The notes: generated by a model from the sequence alone, not told the origin. 63,318 nucleotides of DNA, filler included, from Octopus bimaculoides (GCF_001194135.2; 4 parts of 4 records of this genome joined end to end with filler, not necessarily neighbours in it); one strand, 5' to 3'; positions 1-13,188 are shown, numbered from the whole stretch's first letter. Translations and numbers: made by a program.

Positions 1-243
1 GTGCGGGTGGCACATAAAAGACACCATTTCGAGCGTGGCCGTTTTCGTGCGGGTGACAAGTAAAAGCACCCACTACACTCTCTGAGTGGTTGGCGTTAGG
101 AAGGGCATCCAGCTGTAGAAACTCTGCCAAATTAGACTGGAGCTTGGTGTTGGCATCCGGTTTCACCAGTCCTCAGTCAAATCGTCCAACCCATGCTAGC
201 ATGGAAAGCGGACGTTAAACGATGATGATGATGATGATGATGA
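1..243 (+). mobile_element. 3' part of a SINE with an RTE-like tail and (GAT)n end
   Basis: The motif aggaagggcatccagctgtagaaac...ccaacccatgctagcatggaaagcggacgttaaacgatgatgat recurs in many copies (4430, 9330, 10200, 13190, 21480, 23260). Confidence 0.85.
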
Positions 244-2168
244 TCCCCTATTAGAACTACATTTGTTGAACAGACTTAACCTCCACTTGTATCTATACAA
301 TTCATAATTCAACCTCAATAGCAAAATTTATCTTAATGATCTAAATGTAAGTTGTCTACTGAGAGCCATGTTAGGTCTACATAGCCTACTAGTTAAAGTT
401 ATCTACACTGCATTTACAATAATAGAGTTACGTGGATCAACTTTACAAAGCAAGACTTCTCAATCAATTTTCAAGGTTCTCTATTCTTTCTATACATATA
501 TTTAATAGCAAAAGTTATAAAGCATTAGTATATATAATATAAAGATAATTTTTTTTTATAACTGGGCCACGAAGATGTAAAATATAACTAAGAAAACAAT
601 TGAACTTTTCATGAAATTATTTCCTATATCATGGACAATTCGGTTAGAGAAGCATCTACGAATTGTTGTATTAAAGCAACTTCAATAAGAATCAGAGACA
701 TGGTACATGTGTACATTTGTAATGATCAATTAAGATGGTTCGTTCATTTTTGTATTAACACTAATTATAGAACATGCTCTTTAAACCTTTTAACACCAAC
801 CCAATGAAACCACTCTTAGTTCTATAATACAAGGTTTTTGTTTTAAAATGATTTAAATTAATCTTCCCATCAAAATTTCATGTAAATTTATGTTCCAAAC
901 ATCAGCTTAGTAATGACAAAATTTATGGTTCTGTTTTGCAAGATTCTTGATGTGAAAGGGTGTTTTGAAACATATATTGCTATTTTTTTTCCCTTGCAAA
1001 ATATGAATGGATTAAAGAGAACAGGAGGAGACAAGTGGGATGAAAGAGATGCTGAAGAGGTTACAGATGTGTGATGTAAGATTTCCAGACAATAGACATA
1101 AGATAAAATAAGAACTATAATAAATGAATGAAAAATGAATATATAGTGTGTGCATTTATTTGGCAAGAAAAAGGAATAACCATCCCAAAATATAAAAATA
1201 ATGACTAAGATATTTTACTAAATTCTTCATTATTTCCAATGTTAATTGAAACAAAGGCAGTGTATTTACACAGAAATATGATAAAAAAAGATTATGCATT
1301 TCCTAACTCATATATTTCATTGCGTTAACTGGGTTTTTCTTGAATTTTTCTCTAACTTCATTGTCAGAACCTTTAACACTACACCTCCATTGGAGAGGAA
1401 ACTCCCATAATAAAACACACTTATGTTTCTCAGCAAGAGAAACAAAAAGATAAAATAAGTCAGCCAGTCCACATTTACCATTTAAAAGAAACTGTGATCC
1501 CTACTTGAAAGGACTGGCAGAATTGGTAAAGAAATGGTATTTAATTTGCATGTGATCTTTTATGTTTTGTATACAATTTGTTGAGGGAGACTTTGCTTTC
1601 AGGGTTCCATGAAAGAAATATCAGCCAAGCTCTGAGATCAATATAAGCAACCGTTCCTGTGACCATGTGGCCTTGCACTCAAGTTAGAAATCAATATTCA
1701 AAAGGTAATTGTATATTATTCACTTGAAATTATAAAAACGAGCATCAATGAAGATCAGCAATAATTAATTGCTCTTACTACTATTAAATAAAATCAGCTT
1801 AGACAGAAGAAAGAAATTAATAAGAGTAACTGACACAAAAATAAATGGGAAAGTAACCTCATGGTTATTGTCTAGTAAAGATGTCTGTACTTGTTATATT
1901 AAAGTTGTAGACATACCCAACTAGATGTGATATATAAGTTATCAGTGTCCAAAACTATTTGCTAATGACTGTCACTAGTTTCCTCAGACTCTGTTGTTTT
2001 ATTTGTTGAAAAGAAGTCAACTGTAGACAATACTTCATAACATTACTTTTCAGAAATCACTTTAGGTTAATTTAGAAAATGAAAGATTGATAGCTTTTTC
2101 TTATTTTTATACCATTTTACATTAATTTTTCATTGTAATATAAATGAATGAAATCATTGTTGTCGACG

Positions 2169-2461
2169 TCATCATCTTCATTATCATTACTTTAATTTCC
2201 CTTTTTCCATGCTTGCATGGGTCAGAGAGAATTTGCTGAGGCAAATTTTGGCTGGATACCCTTCCTGTCACCAACACTCACCTGTTTCTACAGTAAGTAA
2301 GGTAATATTTCCTCGTGGCCAAACATGTTTTTCATGAAATGACATCACTTGTACAATGGCAGCGCTCATTTACAACCAATGTTTGATGCCAAGACAAGGG
2401 GATACACACATTCACATATATATGTGTGTGTGCATGCATGTGTATGTGTTGTGTCTATTAC

Positions 2462-2492
<31 letters not shown>

Positions 2493-2671
2493 CACACACA
2501 TATATATATGAAGGGTGTTTTTCAGTTTCCATCTACCTAACCCACTCACAAGGCTTTGACCAGCCCATGGTTATACTAGAAAACACTTGCCCAAGGTGTC
2601 ATACAGTCAGTAAGACTGGACCCAAACTCACATGGTTGTGAAGCAAGTTTCTCAACCACACAGCCATGCCT
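2169..2671 (-). mobile_element. Composite tRNA-derived SINE (head, (CA/TA)n, RTE-like tail)
   Basis: Reverse complement starts aggcatggctgtgtggttgagaaacttgcttcacaaccatgtgagtttgggtccag (A/B-box-like head) and ends with the shared catgcaagcatggaaa tail. Confidence 0.8.
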
Positions 2672-2968
2672 TTGACAATAAAAAGTTTTTCAAAAATTTC
2701 AGTATTTGCACAAAACATCAAAGCAACTGTTTCAGCTGCATTCTGAAACATGGAGTTTAAGAGTGGAATTTTGCCGTTAGTTAAATATGGACTAAGCAGA
2801 ACTATGTGACTTGCCTTCAAAACATGACATGGAATGCACAAGTTTTGTTTTTGCAGATAAGACTGTGAAGGTACAGAGTTTGAAGTTTTTTTTATCATTT
2901 CCTTTCCTTCTGCTTGAAAGAAAGGAAATGATAAAACCAAGATTATATCATTTTCAACTCCTCCTCAC

Positions 2969-2969
<1 letters not shown>

Positions 2970-3022
<53 letters not shown>
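2970..3022. repeat. (TTA)n microsatellite
   Basis: Direct reading. Confidence 0.95.
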
Positions 3023-3536
3023 GAGTGAGAGAGCAGTGCATGCCATCAAAGTGAAACTGGTAAAATATACAAAACCCATCATGACTACCAGTCTGATAAG
3101 GGTACACCGGGCATCACAACCATATGTGCACAACATGGTGATCTCATACCAAGATAAACAGCATATGACCTTGCAGATGGAGTCCAGTTAGAATTTTATT
3201 CAGGTCGAGTAGCCCATCCCACTCAAAAGGTCCCTGAATAAAGGTTGTTTAAGGATGTTGAAAGAAACATCCATGTTACCAGAGGTGAATTCTTCTCAGC
3301 ACATGGCTATGATGCTCCCCCACTACTTCTGCTCATAATCAGAGATGCACATATTGTCAGCCACCAAGGGACATGCTCAGCTGGTTACGGTCAAACAACT
3401 GACAAGCAAATCTGTCAGAATATTTGATGTAACCCATCTTTTATACCAAGACAAAACAACGTACATGATAACACTGCCAATCAGTTAAGATCAGAAGTCA
3501 TGAGAGACAGTGCCCAGTACTGGCATCAGGGTATCT

Positions 3537-3538
<2 letters not shown>
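3023..3538 (-). mobile_element. Non-coding retroposon or LINE 3' segment flanked on both sides by (TTA)n
   Basis: gagagagcagtgcatgccatcaaagtga...catcatgactacc...tctgataaggg also occurs at 58555-58740. (TTA)n runs lie at 2970-3022 and 3539-3581. Confidence 0.65.
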
Positions 3539-3581
<43 letters not shown>

Positions 3582-3965
3582 GGATTTAAGTTAACCACAG
3601 ATAAATATTATGTATTTGATCTTTGTTGTTATCAACCTCCACATTGTTTCACGTTTCAAGAGACAGTATCCTGCTTTTAAGGTCTTTGATCTCTGTAGCT
3701 TCTAAACATATTTCCTGATAAATCACACTCTCTTTGAGGTTAAACTTTTGCTTTTATCATAATGTTTTAATGGCAGATCGTGTATGGAATCAAAGTTAAA
3801 TAATCGAGCACCATCTTTCAAGAGACACAGTTAAGTTTTAGGGAGAAAAAGAGCAAAAAGAAAAAGAAAAAAAACTGAATATTAAACAATGTTATCTGAA
3901 TTTATGAGAATATCTTCAGTGCCACGTGTATGAAAAGACATTTGTTGCCAAAACATACAAATTTT

Positions 3966-4121
3966 GCAGGTGTAGCTGAGTGGTAAGAATTTTGCTTTCC
4001 AACCACATGGTTCCAGATTCAATCCAACTACATGGCACCTTGGGTGTCTTATACTATAGTCCTAGGCTGACCAAAGGCTTATGAGTGGATTTGGGAGATG
4101 GAAACAGAAAGAAGCCCATCA

Positions 4122-4155
<34 letters not shown>

Positions 4156-4500
4156 TGTGCGTGAGCTTGTGTGTGTGCGCGTGTGTGTATCTTTAATAGA
4201 TGGAAACTGAAAGAAGTCCGTCATGTAAATGTGTGTGTGAATTTATGTATGTGTAGGTGTGTGTATGCTCGTGTCTCCTTGTCTTGATATTGTGTGATAG
4301 TTGTGAAATGGCTGTCACTGTCATACAAGCAGTGTCATTCATTTCCAATATTCTGCAAGAATATATCTGACCATGGAGAAACATTATACACACTTGCTTG
4401 GAAACAAGTGAGGGCTGGCAACAGAAAGAGCATCCAGCTGTAGAAACTCTGTCCAACCCATGCAAGCATGGAAATATGGACATTAAAATAATGATGATGA
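3966..4500 (+). mobile_element. Composite tRNA-derived SINE
   Basis: Head gcaggtgtagctgagtggtaag...ggttccagattcaatcc, core gaccaaaggcttatgagtggattt, (TG)n, then the shared RTE-like tail. Confidence 0.85.
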
Positions 4501-4958
4501 ATTACCTTGTTATTTATTTATTTTTGTTTTAGAAAGTATCAGACTATGAGCAAGCTTGCGTACAATTAGTCACCTGCCCTGTTCTGAATAATAATTCAAC
4601 AAAATCTATGGACAACAAACCCCTTACCAGCTTTAAGATATAGAGCACATATTTTACATAACCACAAATAAATGTTGAATAGCTGTGACTTGGAAAATTA
4701 TCAGATGCTGAGATCTAATGCAAGCTGACATTCTATTGGCTCCTTTCACTCAGAGTTCATAGGGGGTTACTCAATAACATAAAGCAGTAGAATTTAAAAG
4801 TTTTGACACCTAATCTACCGATCCAGCAAACCTAACTATTGACTTTTACAGGGAATCAAAACATATTAAAAACTAATATGGTGGGTTTGACATCTTAGAT
4901 TCAGAGAAACTGGAAACTCCACAGGATTAGATTAATGATTCTTCAGAATCATACAGGT

Positions 4959-5408
4959 AGGTGCTGGAGTGATTATAGAGTAGGGAAGCCTGCTTCACAA
5001 TCATGTGGTCTCAGGTTCAGGTTCATATTGTTCCCAGAGTGACACTTTGAGTAAGTGTCTTCAACTATAGCCCTAAGCCAATCAAAGCCTTGCAAGTGGA
5101 TTCGGTAAACAAAAGCTGAAAAAAGTTCATCGTTTATATGCATGTCTTGCCAGCATGTACATGTGTGTTTGAGTGTCCTCTTGTCTTTACATCACATGAT
5201 GACAGTGAACAAGCATTACCATCATACAAACAATTATGTCAGTTTTCAGACTTCCATGGAAAACATATTTGGCTGTATCAAATATCAACTAGCTTAGAAA
5301 CAGGAGAGGATTAGTAACAGGAAGGCCATCAGGCATTAGAAAATTTGCCTCAACACACTTTGTCTTGCCCATGCAAGCATGGAAAAGTGGGCATTAAATG
5401 ATGATGAT
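4959..5408 (+). mobile_element. Degenerate composite SINE
   Basis: Same head, core and tail order as 3966-4500, more diverged. Confidence 0.7.
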
Positions 5409-5469
5409 ATGGTATGCATTTAGGGTAATTTCACTCTGAACAGTTTCTGCTGATCTACATACAATGCAC

Positions 5470-6250
5470 AGGGGTACAACTGTCCATATATCAAGAATAA
5501 AACAGGTTTTTCTTCCTGATAATCAAGACTTTATTTTGCAACATGCCACACCCATTAGCTTGTCATTGCAATGCCCTTCTATTATTACTGCTATAATAAA
5601 AGTCTGTACCCTTCTGAATTTAGCAATTGTCTATCACCCAATGTACTTATTTCCCTTGTTCTTAACAGCTTCTAGACTACAGAATCATCCTATAGACTCA
5701 CTACTAACTTCTTTTCCTAACCTCCCCTCTCAAGAAATGCACCCTTCTGAAACTTCACATCTTGTCAACATGTTCACCCCCCCCCCCACACACACACACA
5801 CTACCACCACCAACAACAACTCTCACCACAAAAAAAAAGTTAGCCAGAAGTTCAGGTCAGACATCAATCTCACACACCTGAGAAAGCTTACAAAGGTTAT
5901 GAGCACTTTGCTTCTTTCTTAAACTCATAAAATGGATTTAATAATAATAATAATAATAAATGAATAAAGGAGAGCAACTGACTTTACAGACAAATGAACT
6001 ACAGTCAGCAACAATTCAGAGTCAACAGCCTACTATCAAACTCTACCCACTAGCTATCAATGCACTTTGCCCCTCCGAACTTGTTGACTGAATACCGCAC
6101 CCCCCTCCTAAACTCATTCAGTGCACTCACCACATATCCACATCACATTCCACTGCATGTCACTCTGTCTATTTTCACTTCCTAAACAACTGCCTTCTTC
6201 TCAGCTCCACACCTATCCTTCCCTACATATTCCATTTAATTCTAAACTAA
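5470..6250 (-). mobile_element. Possible highly decayed RTE-type LINE remnants
   Basis: Minus-strand fragments such as NDKLMGVACCKI and NVMWICGEC loosely resemble RTE APE and post-RT motifs; many stops. Confidence 0.25.
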
Positions 6251-6329
6251 TAATTCATATTGATAATTTACTTGTAATACTGACCTTATTCACAGGTCCT
6301 TTTGTTCAGAGCTAAGCACCTAAAAAACA

Positions 6330-7450
6330 TCTTGTGGGTACTATTCTTTCTCCACGTACATTATCACTAGCAAGCCCTAGTACAAAATTGAAAACAGAGT
6401 TTCAGTTGTGCCCCATTCTTAGCAATAACATCAGATCATAACCCTCTAAGCTTTCTTTTACTTGGTTGTTTTGTTAAGCTCCTTTCAGTCACAGGTAGAG
6501 GCATTAGGATTTGGTAGAATAAGTACAATGGGCTGTGTTCTACCTCCAACGTTGTCATGGGCTAGAGCACAGCACATACTCTGGTGGATTTTCCAGGTGT
6601 CCTGTGAGACAAGGTTTTTACAATCAATAACCTTAATTATGGTGACAACCTCACAATAATTAGCAACGACTATAAGGATGTCTAATTAGTTGTTGAATGA
6701 GTTACTGTGTTGGAATGAAAATCAGTATGTACACATTGCATGTTATGATGAAAATTAAGACAGTCAAGGCATATATTGTATCCATTGGCATCTCATCCTC
6801 TAATAGTGGTCTGTCATAACTCAAGAGTGAGATTTTGCAAGAGGTCGATCAATTTAAATTGATTGGCCAGGTTAAAGATAAGTTACATGTCTGTCTCAAA
6901 TGCAGATGTAGTGCATTCTTTCATTTTCAAAATCTCTGGGTCAAAGAGTCCCACTTTGGATTTCACAACAAACTCCAAAGTTCACCATCACTGTTACATT
7001 AATTGTCTTCAGCAACTCATACTCAAAAAGCACCTCATTTGGTCATACAGTGTCCACCACAAAGTAAACTCGTCCACAATGCAATTGACCCAGAGCCCTG
7101 CAACAGAAGAAGCAGACAAGGTCGACAGCTAAAAGCATAAATTAGTCAAAGCTTGAATGGACATCTCGTCCTTTTGTGTATAGTGTCCACCATAGGGATC
7201 ATTGATGGTTTCACATAAGTCATTTGTGACCACCTCATATGACTGGCTTTTCTTTGCAGGTACAAGTGACTTTAAAATCCTTTCAAATAAATTTTTAAAT
7301 CTAGTTTAAAACCAGCTTAAATGGAGACATTTTTGCTGATGATATAATGTTACAGAGTTGTTACAACACAACTGTTAAGAGCATTACCCAAGTATTCTGA
7401 CCATTCTTCAAAAATACTTCAATGTGTTCTCTTTATCAGACACACCTAGT
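6330..7450 (-). mobile_element. Possible highly degenerate Ty3/Gypsy internal region
   Basis: Collinear weak matches on the minus strand: FEEWSEYL and ERILKSLVPAKKSQSYEVV (gag-like), ELWSLL*NPKWD (RT/RNase H-like), AKNGAQLKLCFQFC (integrase SDNGPQF-like). Confidence 0.3.
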
Positions 7451-8611
7451 AACTAAAGCCTTTATAGTAACCCTGGATATTTTAACAGGTCTCTCACGAT
7501 TTCTGCATATCTAAAGTGCTCGAGGGGCAGCTGTTCCTATTATGTTATTTAGGAGGAGAACTATGACAGTGCTAACAAGCAAGTGGCATTTAATATATTT
7601 CCAGAAACTATCACACAGTTGTTGAGTTGTTTTTAAAATATGTTTCAGCTTCATACACATTTATGGTAGGGTGTGGTATAACTTACAAAAGTCAAACTAA
7701 GTTACAAAAACAAAATTAATTTCAGCATAGTATTCGTCCTAATACACAAAAGGGTGTGTAATATGGAAAAAAGAAAAAGCTTTCCAAAATAGATTATTTA
7801 CGACTGTTGATTTTTTTTTTTTTTTTTTTTTTTNNNNNNNNNNTTTTTTTTTTTTTTTTTTCTTGTTTCTTAACTCTGGTTTTTTATGAAAACATAAATC
7901 CCAACGGTGTTGTTACATTGAAGCAAAATCTGAAACCATTTCAGAAATAGTGAAAATATCTGAAGAAACTTATCAGTTAAATCAAGATACTTTATATAAC
8001 TTACAATAAGTATATAGGAATAGAATTTTGCAAAATTGTTGTAATAATGCTGGAAAGAAATGATCATCATATTCATACTAGTAAGCTGAAAATGAAGAGA
8101 AAAGAAAACCCAAGCAGTTAATTTTACGACTCAAAACATGCTTACATAAACTCTTGTTTTATTCTTATTTTCCTTTGTCTTCAATTTCCAAAATATTTAA
8201 TGTAAGAAGACTAAAAACAAAACCTCTGGTAGCAACAACCATCATTTTAAAAACTATAAACATAACAACCCCAATTAGCAGTATTCTCGGTAATTATCAA
8301 CTAGGCGTTAATAATGGTTAACAAAACTACTAGTTAAAATTAATTAACATAGCTAGTTATTGATTACAATTGTGAAAGATTTGGTAATCACAGGCAGAGA
8401 AGTTTACCAGGCTGCTTCTGTTGGGGCCATATTCATTTTCCGCTCACACTTTACTCGCATCAAACTTAAGTACTTTAAAAAAGTTTTGGGCACCAGTACA
8501 CATTTGAATGCATCCATACAAAATTTAAAGTGAATGATTTGTGTTGAATGTCTTGTATTAACAGACATTCAACACAAACACATCATTCACTTGCTTTACA
8601 TCTAATTTTAC

Positions 8612-8827
8612 TGTTATATCACACGTTCAGATGGTGTGACTTCGCCAATAAAGTACCTCTACTCAACTACCAAACTCTCACTTCCAGCAACTCAACTCAA
8701 CAGAACTCGACGTCTAGACTACCGACAGCTCCAGCTCACTACATGACGCTTCTACGACTAGCTATCGTGTCCACTACTCTACATATTGGACTAGCCTACT
8801 TATCGTCGGAGGGGCGTCCACATAACA
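8612..8827 (+). mobile_element. Solo LTR (216 bp) with 5-bp target-site duplication
   Basis: Begins TGTTA and ends TAACA (terminal inverted TG...CA). TTTAC lies at 8607-8611 and again at 8828-8832. It has an internal AATAAA and is CpG-rich in CpG-poor surroundings. Confidence 0.85.
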
Positions 8828-9239
8828 TTTACCATGCTAGCATGAGTTGGATGGAAACTTATTGAAGGTAGCATTTTAACCCGTTCCTATTGCCAACCTC
8901 TGCCTGTTATTTAGGTAAAGAATCTATAATTTCTCTTGTCTTCAACAGCATAGAACAATGAAATATTATGTTAACAAACAATGTAAACACTACATTACTG
9001 CTTTGCATGGGTGGGGACATAAATATGTGGAATTTGAGACACACATACACAGAAATATACATATATTTGATAGACTCCTTTACAATTTCTATTTACAGCT
9101 CCACTCAAAAGGCACTAGTCAGCCTGAAGCTATAGGAGAAGACATCTTCTCTAAGAGTCACTAGTGAGATATAACTGGAAATGACATAGTTGAATTGTAT
9201 CCACACAACCATGCCCATACCTATATGTGTGTGTATGTG

Positions 9240-9460
9240 CCCGTGTGGTGCCATGTAAAAGCACCTGTGCAGCATCACATAAAAGCACCTGTGTGGTGCC
9301 ACGTAAAAGCACCCAGTACACTCTGTAAAGTGGTTAGTGTTAGAAAGAGCATCCAGCCATAAAAACCATGCTAAATCAGACTGGAGTCTGGTGCAGCTCT
9401 GGTCAAACTGTTCAACCTATGCCAGCATGGACAACAGACATTAAATGATGATGATGATGA
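9240..9460 (+). mobile_element. SINE 3' part with three internal tandem units of about 25 bp
   Basis: gtgtggtgccatgtaaaagcacct-like unit three times, then the shared tail and (GAT)n. Confidence 0.75.
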
Positions 9461-9589
9461 TATATATATATACATATATATATATACACATGCATACATA
9501 CACTCACATCGGATGTTCCCAAAACAATATATACAAGCTTTAACAGCTGATAACTCAATTTTCATTTCCTTTTACATTTAACCTATCAG

Positions 9590-10960
9590 AAATAATGAAA
9601 GAAATTGGACTAAGCTTTGAACAAAGGAAATTTATCCTTAAGTGCTTTTGGAAGTTAGTAAATGCAATAAAAGTGCAAAGACAGTTTCAGTGGGTAGTTT
9701 CAAATCAATCCACCTGCATGACTCACCATCATTTAAATTAGAAATAAGTTTGAAGCAGATTTAACTGCTCAGAATGTTCACAAGAAATGTTCTGAAAGAT
9801 CATGTACATCAACAAGCCCCTCAAAGTAAGGAAGGATAGTAGAAATGTATTGCCAGAGTTCATGAAAATTTGTGCAACAAGCAAATTGTGAGATAAGACT
9901 TTTCAAAATCAGTATACTGAGACCTTCGGGCATATGCTGTGCTTGAAAAGACCCATCAAGTCAAGTGAAATCATGGCTGTGGCCGATGCCCATATCACAT
10001 AAGTGGCACCCATGCTGATGGAATGTAAAAATCACTCAAGTAGGTGATGACAAGTGACCGAGACCATTGGCGATATGCCATGCTTGAGAAGACTTGTGAA
10101 GCCAAGTGAAATCATAGTTGTGGCCAGTGCCTGTGTCACATAACTGGTACACATGCCAGTGGCATGTAAAAAGCACCCATTACACTCTTGGAGTGGTTGG
10201 CATTAGGAAGGGCATCCAACCGTAGAAACTATGCCAAATCAGACTGGAATTTGGTGCAGCTCCCCAGTTTACCAGTTTTCAATCAAACCGTACAACCCAT
10301 GCCAGCATGGAAAGCAGACGCTAAATGGTGATGATGAATAAGCATCCATTGCATTTTGATGTACTGCCATTGGAAAAGTTACATTCCAAGAATTCTCCAT
10401 GTTCTCAAATGAAGATGATGCAGAACAGAATGTGTGCAGAAGACGCACACTTTTCAACAAAGATTATTTGGAGTAATGAAACTACATTTAAATCAAATGA
10501 CTCAATTAACTGACACAACTGAACCCAATGGAGACAATTTACATATTACAGAGGAACATCATGTAAATTTACAAGGAGTGGATGATGTGGTTTATCATCA
10601 AATGGATTAATTGGACCATTCTTTTCCAATGGTATGTGATTGGTCCTATTTGCTTGAACTTGCTATGACAATCTGTCATGCTAATCATTTAAGAGGATTC
10701 TAAAGATGTAAAGTTTTAGTTCCAGCAAGATGGGACACCCTAACACTGCCATAGTTAATATAAGGATCTACCTTGATAAGATTTTGCTAAACAGGTGGAG
10801 TGGATGAAGAGGTTCAGTAGAATATCCTCTGTGTTCGCTAGACTCTGGATGTGGTTACAGGTGAAGGTAGTAAATGAAGTACAAGAACAGAAATGAGAGA
10901 GATGTATAGTGATGATGAGCTCATTGTACACTGTGCTCAAGTGCAAATCAAAGTGTGTTA
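9590..10960 (+). mobile_element. Degenerate Tc1/mariner-superfamily transposon (DUF4817-type HTH) interrupted by a SINE
   Basis: MKEIGLSFEQRKFILKCFWKLVNAIKVQRQF at about 9597; KIIWSNETTFKSNDSIN*HN at about 10460 (cf. IVFSDEATFHLNG.VN.HN); FQQDGTP at about 10720. Confidence 0.7.
9905..10337 (+). mobile_element. SINE with duplicated internal unit of about 150 bp
   Basis: Two copies of gagacc..ggc.atatgc.gtgcttga.aagac...aag.caagtgaaatcat..tgtggcc, then the shared tail. Confidence 0.75.
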
Positions 10961-11189
10961 CATAGAAATAAGTGGGATATTCATCTTTTATTCAATGAAT
11001 GCTATCCCCTACAACTTTTACCATTGAAACAAGACTGGTAAAAAAAAAGTTGGCTATCTACTTCAGATGAATGTGGAGAGGCTTGCTTTTTAGAGAAAAT
11101 TAAAGCAGGAATCAAGAAGTGAAAAATCAACTAAAACTCAATACATAGAATTACTACTACATACACCATGGCTGGACAGGAGACTGGGG

Positions 11190-13050
11190 TCAGTTATCAT
11201 AGATCATAGAATTATGAAGACAAATTTCAGTGGACCTTTTGAATTGAATCAAAACCTCCATCAATTCTATAAAAAGGCAAAACGAGAACCTTCAATTAAT
11301 TGTATGAAAAGGATGGAAAGTGACTGGGATGTAAAATACCCCAATTACTGGCATTTCATCACAAACAGACAAAAAAATTTGCCTTTACCATCAAAATTAC
11401 ATATCAAATACAAGTCAGAACAGACCAAGGGGTTCTTCTCAGGAAATTGAAAACAACATCAAACTCAAGCACTGTAACAACAGTAAGACAAAGATGAAAA
11501 CATTACTACTTACATGGATGAGGAGTAATTGCTTAGGAATAAACAGAAATGGGAGAATATAAACAACTGAAAGTACATTTAACAGTAAAATTCAAATGAA
11601 ACATCATTTTCATTAATAAACAATTACATGAAAGAACAATTATAACATGAATGAATAGAAAATCTACAGACTTGATGTTATCTATGATCAGCTATGTTGC
11701 TAAGGAACACCTAGGCCAGATTGAGAGCTCCAACTTCTGAACACTTAATGTCCTACTATATAACCGTGCTGCAGCCACCATTTGCCAACAAATCAGAGTA
11801 ACAGAAATCAACTGTGAAGACACCAAAATGGATGTTGCTCTCTCCAGACAAATGTCTGCAAAGTCAGAAAAAATACTGGACAATTAGATACTATTGTTAA
11901 TTGCAAAGTGAATGAAAAATTTATGAACCACCAGCTGCAACTTCATGGTAGATTATCTAAGGTCTATGGTAACTGTCAATAAGAGACACTAACAGGTAAA
12001 CCAATTGCCCGTAAACATAAATGGTCAGCCTAGGTGAAAAACTTTGTTATCATAAGAAACTACGAGAAAAAAGTAAAGAGAGAAATAAGTACAAGCATAT
12101 TCTGAGAGTAATATTATGAGATTAAGTAAAGAACTCCTTCCAAGTGAACCAAGAGTGGCTGGACTAACCAACATAAACAGAGACATGGAGAAATACTCTT
12201 CATACCAGCCAAAAGTTATGCATGAGTTAATATACTGCAAGCTAGAGAATACTAACAACACTGACATGTAATAGCCTCTCTTGGACATGCAACAGACACA
12301 TTACATCCCACCTAAAACTATGCATTTAATATCCAGAAACAGGAGACAGCTACTAAATCTCTGATCAACAAGGGAGGTATGGATGTCTCTAGACCTCAGT
12401 GTTGTGACAGAAAATGTTGACGGTGCCACATGAATGTAGAAGGTAACACATACAATTAGCAGATGTCCAAAACTGTCCATAAGATATTAACTTGCTACTG
12501 AACATGGCATTGTTGCTAAAACCATTTAAAACGTTATAAACAGGATGAATTATCTCGATGGCCATACCAAAGGCACACCAGAACCAGAATTAATAAATAA
12601 AGAATGCTACAGGAATATTCCAATAAAAACAGTACTTTGACATAAGCACAACAGACCAAATACTGTTCTGGAGGACATGGGACAAAAAATGGAACAAAAA
12701 CCATGTGCTGTTGTAGTGATCAGCTGCCAGGTGGATGAGAATGTCTTGTCAAAAGCTAGAGAAAAAGAGAACACTGCAGAACTGATGAGAAACTGACAGC
12801 TCTTGTATCCAGGTTACAGATTTTCATTTGTATCTATTATCATTGGTGTTTTGGCTACATAACAGACTTGCATAAAAGCCGAGGAGTGTTGGAGTTCTCT
12901 ATGAAAGATCAAAGCAAGCTGGTTCACATTCTTCAAATACAACTGATTAGCTGTACAATGAAAATTCGCTAAACATTCCAGGGATTCTCCATTTGAATTT
13001 CCTGCACTGAACCCACAATCACATGTACATATGGAATACACAATAGAATA
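11190..13050 (+). mobile_element. Degenerate RLE-type (R4/Dong/NeSL-like) non-LTR retrotransposon
   Basis: N-terminal FYKKAKREPSINCMKRMESDWD; C-terminal NIPIKTVL*HKHNRPNTVL...VVISCQVDENVLSKAREKEN...QLLYPGYRFSFVSIIIGVL matches the PD-(D/E)xK endonuclease pattern; many stops and deletions. Confidence 0.75.
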
Positions 13051-13188
13051 CTAAAGTCTATCCACATGCAGATATATGCACAAACCAAGCAATTCAAATA
13101 ACAAACCCCCAAAGTTGTCTTGATTTTAAAAAGAGCTTTGTCACTTTGTTGACTGGTTTGATTTCTACAAAGGAAAAAAAATTAAAAT

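Noticed and set aside
3700-4720. Candidate host exons: minus-strand SQLFNIYLWLCKICALYLKA|DGARLFNFDSIHDLPLKHYDK.. and plus-strand KVSDYEQACVQLVTCPVL..
   Set aside because: Plausible splice sites occur on both strands and conflict with each other; I recognise no homologue and have no expression data.
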